From Acutalibacteraceae bacterium (GTDB lineage Bacteria; Bacillota; Clostridia; Oscillospirales; Acutalibacteraceae), in NCBI GenBank assembly GCA_036308615.1, contig JAXJVI010000099.1, positions 1 to 39,748 on the forward strand: a stretch of 39,748 nt of DNA, given 5' to 3'. Below, piece by piece: positions 1 through 8,761 of the stretch. Both the position numbers and the translations under genes were made by a program. How positions within the stretch are numbered: position 1 is the first letter of the stretch; every line of letters starts with the position of its first letter. The notes under the pieces were generated by a model. It saw only the letters and a list, made by a program, of their open reading frames with translations, searched no databases and was not told the origin of the DNA.

Positions 1-1067
1 ATATTAAGGTAGGTGTCAAGGTTTGAAAAATAAAGCCCCAGACGCTTTTCCAGCACGGCGAGCATAAGATTTAAGCGGTTGTAATCAAAGCCCGCCGAGG
101 TGCGCCTTGCGTTGCCGAAGCCGGTCGCGGTGACAAGCCCCTGTACCTCGGCTAAAATAGGTCTTGTGCCCTCCATAATGCAGGTAATGCACCCGCCCGA
201 AACATCGCTCATTCTGCCAGACAGCATCATTGCCGACGGATTTTCCACCGCGGTAAGCCCTGTTTCGGTCATTTCAAAAACGCCTATTTCGTTTGTCGAG
301 CCGAAACGATTTTTCATCGCCCTTAAAATTCTGCCCGACTGGTTGCGCTCGCCCTCGAAATACAGCACGGTATCCACAATATGCTCCATAACCTTTGGAC
401 CCGCAATATCGCCGCCCTTATTGACATGGCCGACAATAAATATCGGAATATCAAGGCTTTTGCCCGTTCTAAGGAGCAGATTAGTCGATTCCCTTACCTG
501 CACGATACTGCCGGGGGAAGAGGAGATGTCGCTGTGCTGCATAGTCTGAATGGAGTCGATAATCACAAGCCCCGGCTTTGCGGAATTTATATATTCGCAA
601 ACGGTTTGGACATCGGTCTCGGTCATAACAGACACTCGGTCGCTGTCAACCCCTATTCGCCTTGCTCGTAGCTTTATTTGTATAGCCGATTCCTCGCCCG
701 ATACATAAAGTATGTCGAGCTTGTCCTGCAAAGCGGAGCAGACCTGTAAGAGGATTGTGGATTTGCCGATACCCGGGTCGCCCGACAAAAGCACCACAGA
801 CCCCTTCACAATTCCGCCGCCTAAAACCCTGTCAAGCTCGGAAATGCCGGTTACAAACCTGTGCTCGTCGGCGGCGCTGATTTCGGAAAGCGGTCTTGCC
901 GAAAAGGTGCGGACAGGTCGGGGAGAGCTTACCGCCGCTTTTTGGGGCAGGCGCACATCCTCCTCCATAGTATTCCACGCTCCGCACTCGGTGCATTTGC
1001 CCATCCATTTGGGGCTTTCAAAGCCGCACTCGGTGCATACATATACCGTTTTGCTTTTTCCTGCCAT
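1..1067 (-). CDS. radA: DNA repair protein RadA/Sms (5' part; C-terminus beyond the left window edge)
   Basis: Absent from the ORF track because the frame runs off the window. My reverse-strand translation starts at ATG comp(1065-1067), preceded by GGGAG. It reads MAGKSKTVYVCTECGFESPKWMGKCTECGAWNT (C4 zinc finger), LSGDPGIGKST (Walker A) and RAMKNRFGSTNEIGVFEM (KNRFG motif). The + strand ORFs 100-1166 are antisense shadows. Confidence 0.92.
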   Translation of the reverse strand, partial: MAGKSKTVYVCTECGFESPKWMGKCTECGAWNTMEEDVRLPQKAAVSSPRPVRTFSARPLSEISAADEHRFVTGISELDRVLGGGIVKGSVVLLSGDPGIGKSTILLQVCSALQDKLDILYVSGEESAIQIKLRARRIGVDSDRVSVMTETDVQTVCEYINSAKPGLVIIDSIQTMQHSDISSSPGSIVQVRESTNLLLRTGKSLDIPIFIVGHVNKGGDIAGPKVMEHIVDTVLYFEGERNQSGRILRAMKNRFGSTNEIGVFEMTETGLTAVENPSAMMLSGRMSDVSGGCITCIMEGTRPILAEVQGLVTATGFGNARRTSAGFDYNRLNLMLAVLEKRLGLYFSNLDTYLN

Positions 1068-1083
1068 TTTAATTCTCCCATAT

Positions 1084-1797
1084 TTATAAGTTTTCTTCCG
1101 AATAAAAGTCTACTATTCCGCAAAAAATGGAAAACGCCATTTTCTTCTGGTATTCCTCATCCTTAAGCCGCTTTAGCTCGGCGGAGTTGCTTAAAAACCC
1201 GCATTCCACAAGCACTGCGGGAACGGTGGCGTTATAGAGAAGATAGGTACTGCTGGTCGCTTGCTTGTTGACCCGGGTGTTTTCGGGCTGTAAAAGCTGT
1301 ACAATAGATTTTTGTATGCAGTCGCCAAGCACTTTAGACTCAACATGTTCCGCGCTGTAAAACACCTGGGAGCCGTTTGCCGCCGAGGTTGTAAATTTGT
1401 TAAGGTGAATGCTCACAAAAACCGCGTTCGGGTTATCCTTCATAAGCCCTAAGCGGTTTTTAAGGTCGCTTTTTTTGCGGGTCGCAATCTTGTCGGTCTC
1501 AACATCGTCGGTTGAAACATCGCTTTCTCTGGTCATTATAACTCTAAAGCCGCTTTGCTTTAAGAAATCCTTTAGAGTAAGGGCAATCTTTAAATTTATG
1601 TCCTTTTCGACAGTTCCGTCAGCTGCCACCGCTCCGCCGTCAAACCCGCCGTGGCCTGCGTCAAGTATTATTACCTGCTGTTCCTTTACTGTAGCCCAAG
1701 CTGTTATATATTCATATCCCTTTGCTACCGCGGTGCTGAGTATTGCGAGGCACAAAACAACCGCTAAAATCACCGCAATTTTTCTTTTAAAAATCAC
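1084..1797 (-). CDS. cwlD: N-acetylmuramoyl-L-alanine amidase, CwlD-like
   Basis: 237-aa ORF with a GTG start and GGAG RBS. It has an N-terminal membrane anchor (IAVILAVVLCLAILSTAVA) followed by Amidase_3 signatures VIILDAGHGGFDGGA, VFVSIHLN and VLVECGFLSN. Confidence 0.8.
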   Translation of the reverse strand: MIFKRKIAVILAVVLCLAILSTAVAKGYEYITAWATVKEQQVIILDAGHGGFDGGAVAADGTVEKDINLKIALTLKDFLKQSGFRVIMTRESDVSTDDVETDKIATRKKSDLKNRLGLMKDNPNAVFVSIHLNKFTTSAANGSQVFYSAEHVESKVLGDCIQKSIVQLLQPENTRVNKQATSSTYLLYNATVPAVLVECGFLSNSAELKRLKDEEYQKKMAFSIFCGIVDFYSEENL

Positions 1798-1857
1798 ATT
1801 ATCACTCCAGTCGCTACTGTTTTTAAAATATGATTTTTTAAAGCGAGGTAGAACAAG
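1641..1857. repeat. Left copy of a 217-bp direct repeat (cwlD 5' coding end, RBS and upstream region)
   Basis: Aligns without gaps to 13381-13597 at a constant offset of 11740 bp. 1706-1788 is identical to 13446-13528 (83 bp). There are 4 mismatches in the next 60 bp on the promoter side and 16 mismatches in the 65 bp on the coding side. Confidence 0.95.
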
Positions 1858-2154
1858 ATAAATAATACAGTTAAAACAAAAACCACCGTGAAATGCAACA
1901 CTATTATTATAATCTAATTCCGCACTTTTTTCAATATCAAGAACGCAAAGATTTCTGATTACCTTGTTGATTTTTTCTTTGCGCTCGGCTTCGCTTGAGT
2001 CGGAGAGTACATTTGTTATTACATATTCGGTTTTAATGCTTTCTTGAAAACTGAAAAAAGTTTATGAACATTTTATATGCTGATGAAATTTATTCAAGTC
2101 GGCAAATAAATTTCTTGTGCAACAAACAAATAATCAAGAAAGAAGGAAACAACG

Positions 2155-2655
2155 ATGAAAAAGAAATATCATGTTGTGCTAACACCCGATGAACCCGAAA
2201 TAATTGCGTTCAAAAAATCTCTGCCCCAAGGCGAACTTAGTAAAACGGTTGCCACGATTATGACCGAGTCGCTGAAAGATAAGGTTGCCACAATCCCGAT
2301 GAATTTTGAAATCGAGCCGGTCACCAAAGATGTGCATACAAAAATGTCTCTGCCCGAAGAACTGGTGCAGAGGTTCTGCAAGAAGTTCGGATGTAAGAAA
2401 GGCAACCTCACCACCGCTATAAAATCGGAAATCAAAAAGTGTATTCGGAAGAATTTGTCATTTGAGCCGGACAGATATTTTTCGTCTGCAAAAGTTAACA
2501 GTATCTTCGGTCAAGTCATCAACCGTGTAAGCCAAAAGAAAAATTCTTTGGATGCAGGTGGCGAAAGAAGTAGGTCGATCGAAAAAGAATGGCTTAACGC
2601 ATTTTATGCAATGCAAAAAACCGTAAACGAAAAAAGGAACGAAAACAATGAATGA
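2155..2655 (+). CDS. Hypothetical protein, paralog of the next ORF
   Basis: 166-aa ORF with AGGAAAC RBS-like sequence upstream. It shares a collinear pattern with ORF 2648-3268: hydrophobic strand, acidic patch + II, KSLP, (S/N)KTV, ES, IP, then a basic helix (IKKCIRKN vs IIRRHIQVN). I recognised no known family. Confidence 0.6.
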   Translation: MKKKYHVVLTPDEPEIIAFKKSLPQGELSKTVATIMTESLKDKVATIPMNFEIEPVTKDVHTKMSLPEELVQRFCKKFGCKKGNLTTAIKSEIKKCIRKNLSFEPDRYFSSAKVNSIFGQVINRVSQKKNSLDAGGERSRSIEKEWLNAFYAMQKTVNEKRNENNE

Positions 2656-3268
2656 AAGAATTTTATTTATAAAACTTGAGCCTAAAACCGATGACGATAT
2701 TATCCGTTGGATGAAATCGTTACCGCCCCGAACAGTCAACAAAACTGTGAACGAAATTGTTTTTGCCGAGAGCCGAGATCAGACGGCTCGGATTCCTTAT
2801 AAAATTTCGTACACAAAAGAGGTTGAACCTCTTAGATGCCGACTTATTTTCAGAAGCAAAGCGGCATTGAACCTCTTATCGAAAATCCCCAAGGGCGAAT
2901 ACAAAGCAACATTGGTTAAAATAATCCGCCGCCACATTCAAGTAAACAAAACTCTGCCGCCGGCAACTTTTGAAGTTAACATTAAATATTTATCTATGGC
3001 GGTGGACTGCTTTGTAAAAGCCGTAAAAAGCAAAAGGTGGGAAAGCAAAGGCGTACCCCATAGGTTCGATAAACTTAATTCGTTTTATGAACTCGCATTT
3101 AAAGATTTTTCTAATACTGTTTTTGAATGCTACAAGTCTGTGAATAGAAATCACGGTGACTATAATCTGTATCACCTAAACTGCGAATACATTGTCAATA
3201 AAGCATTCGCCTCTGTGTTCGGAGAGATTTCTGTAACCGCCAATAAAGCTATGAACGAAAATTCGTAA
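2648..3268 (+). CDS. Hypothetical protein, paralog of the previous ORF
   Basis: 206-aa ORF overlapping the previous stop by 8 nt, which suggests translational coupling. The N-terminal ~100 aa are collinear with ORF 2155-2655. Its 3' end abuts the truncated nagA remnant. Confidence 0.6.
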   Translation: MNERILFIKLEPKTDDDIIRWMKSLPPRTVNKTVNEIVFAESRDQTARIPYKISYTKEVEPLRCRLIFRSKAALNLLSKIPKGEYKATLVKIIRRHIQVNKTLPPATFEVNIKYLSMAVDCFVKAVKSKRWESKGVPHRFDKLNSFYELAFKDFSNTVFECYKSVNRNHGDYNLYHLNCEYIVNKAFASVFGEISVTANKAMNENS

Positions 3269-4141
3269 GCGTCAAAAGTGATTGACACTACCTCTTCCAA
3301 AGAAACCCGCTCTTTAATTTATCTCAGCGACAATACTAACGGCATTTCAAATTTCAACGCATCAATCCTCGCCAAACGAGCTCAGAGTGATATTTTGAAT
3401 CTGTGGATGAAAAATAGGACATAAATGTACCAGCTTAGGTTGCCAGTACAACCGGTTTTGAAATATGAAATCCGTCACATATCAGTTGTGCGTAAATATG
3501 CTTTTCAAAAGCCGCACCTATAGGTCCGGGATTACGGTGGTGTAGCGGCGGCATAGCATTATAGGTGTGAGTAAGGCAGTTTGCACCGCATTCTATTGCC
3601 TTAATTGCAGTTTCATAATCGCAATCGGTATGCCCAATAGAGACAACACATTCGGGTGACACCGCTTTAATAAATTCCATACTGCCCGAACACTCCGGGG
3701 AAATAGTAATCATTTTAACATTTTTAAAACGCTCGAAATCCTTTACCGATGGGTTTTTAATATACTTTTCATTCTGTGCACCTTTGTGTTTTGGTGAAAT
3801 GTACGGTCCCTCAAAATGGAATCCCAAAATATTTGCACCCGCAAAATCGGTTTTGGCATTTGTCACTTTTTCGAGCACATCATATCCCATAATCATAGTA
3901 GTCGGAAAAAAGATGTTGTACCGTGTTCGGCGTAAAATTTGCACATCGGCTCAAAATCAGCGTCCATCGTGTCCATACCAATACAACCGTGTGTATGAAC
4001 ATCAATAAGTCCGGGAATAAGCCGTTTACCGCCTGCGTCAATATCTCCGTTATTTCGGTTACTTTCAACCGAAACTATTTTACCGCCGTTTATAACTACA
4101 CTTTTCAATTCACCGCTTATTAAAGCGTTATAAATTATCAT
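3269..4141 (-). pseudogene. nagA: N-acetylglucosamine-6-phosphate deacetylase, frameshifted and 3'-degraded
   Basis: The N-terminal ORF 3893-4141 contains LIPGLIDVHTHG and ends ...AEHGTTSFF-RLL*. The NagA sequence continues in another frame as FFPTTMIMGYDVLEKV...GFHFEGPYIS...SIGHTDCDYE. The shift lies in an A6 run at 3906-3911. The second frame stops at 3435, about 235 of the ~380 codons expected. Only degenerate NagA-like fragments (IKERVSLEEVVSITFDA, comp 3269-3319) follow. Confidence 0.85.
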
Positions 4142-4150
4142 TTTTACACC

Positions 4151-4861
4151 TTATTTCTCGCTGTAGATTACCGTAATATCGGGGTGAAGTTGCAAAATAG
4201 AAGCAGGAATTTCGGGAGTAATTGGACCGTAAAACGCCTTTTCCAAAATATCCCGTTTTGCTTCTCCGCTTGCAATAAGCAGAATTTTCTTTGCCTGCAT
4301 TATGGATACCATACCCATTGTTATCGCACGTTTCGGCACTTCATCTTGGTTTGAAAAAAAGCGGGAATTTGCTTTTATTGTACTTTCGTGAAGTTTAACC
4401 ACGTGAGTACTTTTTACAAAGTATTTGTCGTGTTCGTTAAAGCCGATATGCCCGTCAAGCCCTATTCCCAAAAGTTGCAAATCAATGCCGCCGAGTTTTG
4501 CTATATGCTCGTCATAACGCCTACCCTCTTCCGCCAAATCAACCGCACAGCCATTTGGAACAAAGGTGTTATTTATATCGATATTTATATGCTCAAAGAA
4601 ATTCTTGTTCATAAAGTAGCGGTAACTTTGGTCATTCTTACCGTCAAGTCCCACATATTCGTCCAGATTTACCGAGGTAACCTTACTAAAATCAACATCA
4701 CCCTTATTGTACCATTCAATAAGTTATTTGTAAATGCCAAGCGGTGACGAACCCGTGGCAAGTCCCAAAACGCTGTTCGGCTTTAATATTACCTGTGCCG
4801 AAATAATATTTGCCGCCTGACGGCTTAATTTTTCATAAGTATCAACCGTAATAAATTTCAT
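4151..4861 (-). pseudogene. nagB: Glucosamine-6-phosphate deaminase with an in-frame stop
   Basis: Reverse translation from ATG comp(4859-4861) gives [76 protein letters not shown]... The TAA is at comp(4724-4726). The remainder (ORF 4151-4654) carries GIGLDGHIGFNE. Confidence 0.85.
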
Positions 4862-5973
4862 TTTTCTTTAGCCTTTTCAAATTCACGCAAAACTATACCG
4901 TTCATTTTATCCCAAACTTTTTCCATATCAAAAACCAATTTAAACTGGGTTCTGCATCTGTCAAGATTATGATTTTTACGAGTGGTTTTAAAGTATGTAT
5001 CCCCCTCAAGATAATCGGTCAAAAAGCGCATACCGCACTCAAGGGTCATAAGTTTTGCACCTATCAGCAAGGAGAGTGCCTCTTTTCCGTCCATAGACTC
5101 ACCGCAGGCTTTTATGAAGCCCTCGGTGTAACTTTTAAAGAGTTCTAAGGAGAAATTGACCTTGCTTAAATAGGGTTCGTCCTCCGCACCTGTTGTCGCA
5201 CCGAATCGTATCGAATCGCCGTAATCGTAGGCTCTAAGTCCCGGCATTACGGTATCAAGGTCGATAACGCAAATTGTTTTCCCTGTATTTTTATCAAACA
5301 AACAGTTGTTTAATTTTGTGTCGTTATGGGTAACTCTTAGAGGAATTTCACCCTTTTTCAGCATATCGGTAAGAAGGGACATATCGCTTGTGTGAGCATT
5401 TACGAAGTCAATTTCCTTGCGAACAGACTTTGCTCTGCCGCAAATATCCGCACTAACCGCCTTTTTAAAGGTCTCATAACGCATAGGAGTATTATGAAAA
5501 TTCGGAATTACCTCGTGAAGTTTTTCGGCGGGAAAATCTGCAAGCAGATTCTGAAAATTCCCGAAGGCGTAACCGCAGTTATAAAAATCCTCGGGGCTTT
5601 CGATTTTTTCATAGCAAACAGTATCCTCGATAAAGAGATAACTACGCCATTTTTCGCCGTTTTTGTCGGTATAATAATTTTTTCCATCAACGGTAGGAAC
5701 AAGATTTAAGGTTTCCCTTAAAACATCGCCTCCGTGCTTTACTATTTTTTCCTTTAAAAATTCGGTTACATTTTCAATATTTTCAGTTAATGCATCGGTA
5801 TCGGGAAAAATATTGCTGTTTATCTTTTGCAAGATATACCGTGTTACATTGTTACCGTTTTTACATTCCACCTTGAATGTGGAATTTATATGACCGTTGC
5901 CGTGGGGTAAGACAGAATAAAGCTCACCATCATATTTAAAACTTGATACAACTCGATTTATCTGTTCATTCAT
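4858..5973 (-). CDS. nahK: N-acetylhexosamine 1-kinase-like phosphotransferase (APH fold)
   Basis: 371-aa ORF with HGNGHINSTFKV, YILQKINSNIFPD, catalytic loop LRVTHNDTKLNN, IDLDTVMPG and GDSIRFGA. From memory it resembles Bifidobacterium longum NahK/LnpB end to end. The stop overlaps the nagB start (ATGA). Confidence 0.75.
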   Translation of the reverse strand: MNEQINRVVSSFKYDGELYSVLPHGNGHINSTFKVECKNGNNVTRYILQKINSNIFPDTDALTENIENVTEFLKEKIVKHGGDVLRETLNLVPTVDGKNYYTDKNGEKWRSYLFIEDTVCYEKIESPEDFYNCGYAFGNFQNLLADFPAEKLHEVIPNFHNTPMRYETFKKAVSADICGRAKSVRKEIDFVNAHTSDMSLLTDMLKKGEIPLRVTHNDTKLNNCLFDKNTGKTICVIDLDTVMPGLRAYDYGDSIRFGATTGAEDEPYLSKVNFSLELFKSYTEGFIKACGESMDGKEALSLLIGAKLMTLECGMRFLTDYLEGDTYFKTTRKNHNLDRCRTQFKLVFDMEKVWDKMNGIVLREFEKAKEK

Positions 5974-5999
5974 ATAATTCCTCCGACAAAATTTAAATA

Positions 6000-7277
6000 C
6001 TATTTTTTATCTATATGATAAAGATCTTTTCCGATATCAAGGTTATCAAGAGTGTATTCATTGTCGGCAATATCAACACGCTCTGTCCATCTTCCGGCAG
6101 TAAAATCGGGAATGGCTACAGGGGCACCGCCCAAAGCGATAGAGTCCTCACTCAAAACCGATATACTCATATATGTTGCCGCATCATATACATCAATAGG
6201 AGCATGTGCACCTGTTTTTACTGCGTTTATAAAGGCATAAACGGTAAGGTGGTCGATTCCGCCATGTGCATCGTTTTCGATTTTGCCGCTTTTCCACAGA
6301 GGATGGAGATACTCCTCTTCAAACTTCTCAGCATTACCCCACATAGGTTTCCAGTTAAACTCATTCTTTTGGTGTTCCTCGTTACCGTCAATGAAGATAC
6401 TGTCGTTATCCTCCATATACATTCCCCTAGTTCCGTGAACTTCAAAGCGGCGGGAGTATCCTCTCGGCAGGCAGGTTTCAAGGGTAATGCAAACGGTCTG
6501 TCCACCGGCACAGGTAATAACAGTTGTTACCACATCGCCCTGTGAAAAATCCACCTTTGCAAGAGGATGGTCTTCGCCCTTTGTTTTTACAGTATACTCG
6601 TGCATACCCTTAGCACGGGAAGAAAATGACGAAAGGGTCAAAAACCTATTGCCGTTGTTAATATTGAGCAGTTTAGCAATGGGTCCTATTTCGTGGGTAG
6701 GATAGTTTTCACAGTTGCGGTAGATATAGTTTCTGAGTCGGTAATGACCGTTTTCAAGACCCTCAGTAACTTCCTTACGCAAATCGTGGCAATATGCACC
6801 GTTACAATGCATAATTTCACCAAACACACCCTGCCTTGCCATATTTAAAGCCATAAGTTCACGCTTACCGTAACAACAGTTTTCCATAAACATAAGTTCA
6901 GTACCTGTTTCTTCGTATGTATGAACTAATTTATAGCAGTCGTCTAAAGAATATGCTCCTCCTGCTTCAAGACCTACATATACGCCCGCTTTCATTGCGG
7001 CAACGGCAATCTCAACATGGGCTTCCCAGGAAACAGCAATATACACCGCATCAAGTCCCTCAAGTGACAATAATTCATTGTAGTCAGTTGTGACAAAAGG
7101 TTTTTTAGCACCTGATTCTGAAACTGCATCCGCCGCTTTTTCCGCACGGGCACTTATTACGTCGCAAACCGCAACAATGTCCACACCCTCGTCTTTCATG
7201 GGCATAAATACCCATTTCATCATATTGTAGCCGCGTCCGCCTAAACCGATTACACCGATTTTAACCCGGTCTTTCAT
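6000..7277 (-). CDS. Gfo/Idh/MocA-family NAD-binding oxidoreductase, possibly a GH109-like glycosidase
   Basis: Start chosen at MKDRVKIGVIGLGGRGYN (Rossmann GxGxxG) with an AAGGAG RBS 6 nt upstream. About 425 aa. The size and the hexosamine-gene context fit the NAD-dependent GH109 type, but that is an inference. Confidence 0.6.
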   Translation of the reverse strand: MKDRVKIGVIGLGGRGYNMMKWVFMPMKDEGVDIVAVCDVISARAEKAADAVSESGAKKPFVTTDYNELLSLEGLDAVYIAVSWEAHVEIAVAAMKAGVYVGLEAGGAYSLDDCYKLVHTYEETGTELMFMENCCYGKRELMALNMARQGVFGEIMHCNGAYCHDLRKEVTEGLENGHYRLRNYIYRNCENYPTHEIGPIAKLLNINNGNRFLTLSSFSSRAKGMHEYTVKTKGEDHPLAKVDFSQGDVVTTVITCAGGQTVCITLETCLPRGYSRRFEVHGTRGMYMEDNDSIFIDGNEEHQKNEFNWKPMWGNAEKFEEEYLHPLWKSGKIENDAHGGIDHLTVYAFINAVKTGAHAPIDVYDAATYMSISVLSEDSIALGGAPVAIPDFTAGRWTERVDIADNEYTLDNLDIGKDLYHIDKK

Positions 7278-7451
7278 AACATACTCCTTCGTAAAATAAT
7301 GTTTTTCTTTAATTATAATTAACAAATTTTACTTTTCAACAGAATTCCCGAACAATGTTTAAAATTAAATAATTACTGTCTAAATTCAAACAAAAAGTTG
7401 ATTTTTAGTATCAATATGATATAATTAAATCATAAAAATGGCGGTGGTAAT

Positions 7452-8285
7452 ATGATTTACGATAAAACTGATATATACCAATACAAACCCATCAACAGGT
7501 GCATTTGCATAAAATCAATATTTACCGGCATTGATGCTGATAGAGAAAAAGACTTCGTTTTTGACGGGGAATCCCACGATTTTTGGGAGGTTGTTTTCGT
7601 GTCAAACGGAGAAATCACCGCCACCGCCGACGAACGGATTTATAGTTTAAAGCAGGGTATGTTGCTGTTTCACAAACCAATGGAGTTTCATCGCCTTATA
7701 GCGGACGGTGAAAATTCTTCCCACCTGAAGATTATTTCATTCACGGCAGAGGGCAAACTTATGAAGCGTTTTGAAAAAAGATGCTTTAATCTGAACATTT
7801 CCGAACAGGACACATTTTCCGAAATTGCCGATTATTTCAGAATGGCATGTAATGCTTTTGAAGAGTCGCCCGAAAATTATGATTATCTTGCAAATATGGC
7901 GGCTACGCTGCTTGAAAGTTTCCTGTTAAGACTTAAAGAAAAGAGCGACTACACCCCAAAGCACAGTTCATATAATGAAGAAGTATATTATAGAATAGTG
8001 AAAACAATGAAGGATAACTGTTATAGGCAACTTACCGTAAGTGATATTGCAAATCTGCTTAATATGAGCGCCAGCAACATAAAAAGAGTTTTTGCGCTTT
8101 ACTCGGACATAGGCATTGCAAAATATTTTTTAAATCTCCGTATACGCCGAGCAAAGGAGCTGCTTCAAGAAGGTCTTTCTCCCTATGAGGTTGCCGAAAA
8201 GCTCGGCTTTAAACCCAACTATTTCTACACGGTTTTTAAACGGGAGGTGGGAATTACCCCCAATAAATATGCAAAATCAAATTGA
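7452..8285 (+). CDS. AraC-family transcriptional regulator (cupin-like N-domain + HTH)
   Basis: 277-aa ORF, divergent from the hexosamine genes. The C-terminal AraC HTH includes LTVSDIANLLNMSASNIKRVF and GFKPNYFYTVFKREVGITPNKY. Confidence 0.85.
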   Translation: MIYDKTDIYQYKPINRCICIKSIFTGIDADREKDFVFDGESHDFWEVVFVSNGEITATADERIYSLKQGMLLFHKPMEFHRLIADGENSSHLKIISFTAEGKLMKRFEKRCFNLNISEQDTFSEIADYFRMACNAFEESPENYDYLANMAATLLESFLLRLKEKSDYTPKHSSYNEEVYYRIVKTMKDNCYRQLTVSDIANLLNMSASNIKRVFALYSDIGIAKYFLNLRIRRAKELLQEGLSPYEVAEKLGFKPNYFYTVFKREVGITPNKYAKSN

Positions 8286-8473
8286 TAAGCATAATCTAAT
8301 TCTCTTATTACCGCCGTTAAATTGAATAGGCTATCCTTTTTGCAAGTTCGGATTTTTGCTTAGGATGGATGTTATTGCTTTAACGAATAAGGTAATGATA
8401 ATAAACTAAATAAGACAACTCGTAACAAATATTCTAAAACCACAGGTTGAAAAATTTATTAGATTCAAAGGCC

Positions 8474-8526
8474 GAAATGCCGATAGGATTTTGGGCGAGT
8501 GCCATCGAAAATCCTATCGGCATTTC
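8474..8526. repeat. Perfect 19-bp inverted repeat with a 15-nt loop
   Basis: GAAATGCCGATAGGATTTT (8474-8492) pairs with AAAATCCTATCGGCATTTC (8508-8526). It lies in a 476-bp non-coding gap between convergent genes, and no T-run follows on either strand. Confidence 0.8.
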
Positions 8527-8761
8527 ATCACGCTTCATAAACTGTCCTCCAAAAAATCATTGTAATTATATTTTGTCTCTTTTTTGAATTACTATACTGG
8601 GCGTACAGCATACATTAGGAGAATATAATACAAATAATAAATTAGAGCGTACAGGGGCGGTTCAAGTCTAAATGCTTTTGCTAAGGCGAAAGCAAAGAAG
8701 CGCCCCGATCATATTTGGTTGTTAATTTTATATAGTTGGAAAATTATAGATTGGTTAGGTG

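Noticed and set aside
100-1166. Several long + strand ORFs (149, 96, 125 and 101 aa) at the left edge
   Set aside because: They lie antisense to a clear RadA reading frame that is missing from the ORF track only because it runs off the window. Their sequences are low-complexity and match no known family.
1858-2068. Open minus-strand frame (TFFSFQESIKTEYVITNVLSDSSEAERKEKINKV...) running in-frame into the cwlD start
   Set aside because: The ORF track found no ATG, GTG or TTG start upstream of 1797 in this frame. I recognised no family, so it is probably chance or a gene remnant and is not reportable as a feature.
8438-8450. 13-mer AACCACAGGTTGA repeated at 11108-11120
   Set aside because: Exact 12-13-mers are expected to recur by chance in 40 kb of AT-rich sequence on two strands, and there is no extended similarity around them.
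8655-8672. GGCGGTTCAAGTC, a T-loop-like string suggesting a tRNA
   Set aside because: The flanking bases cannot form a T-stem, and there are no acceptor, D or anticodon arms.
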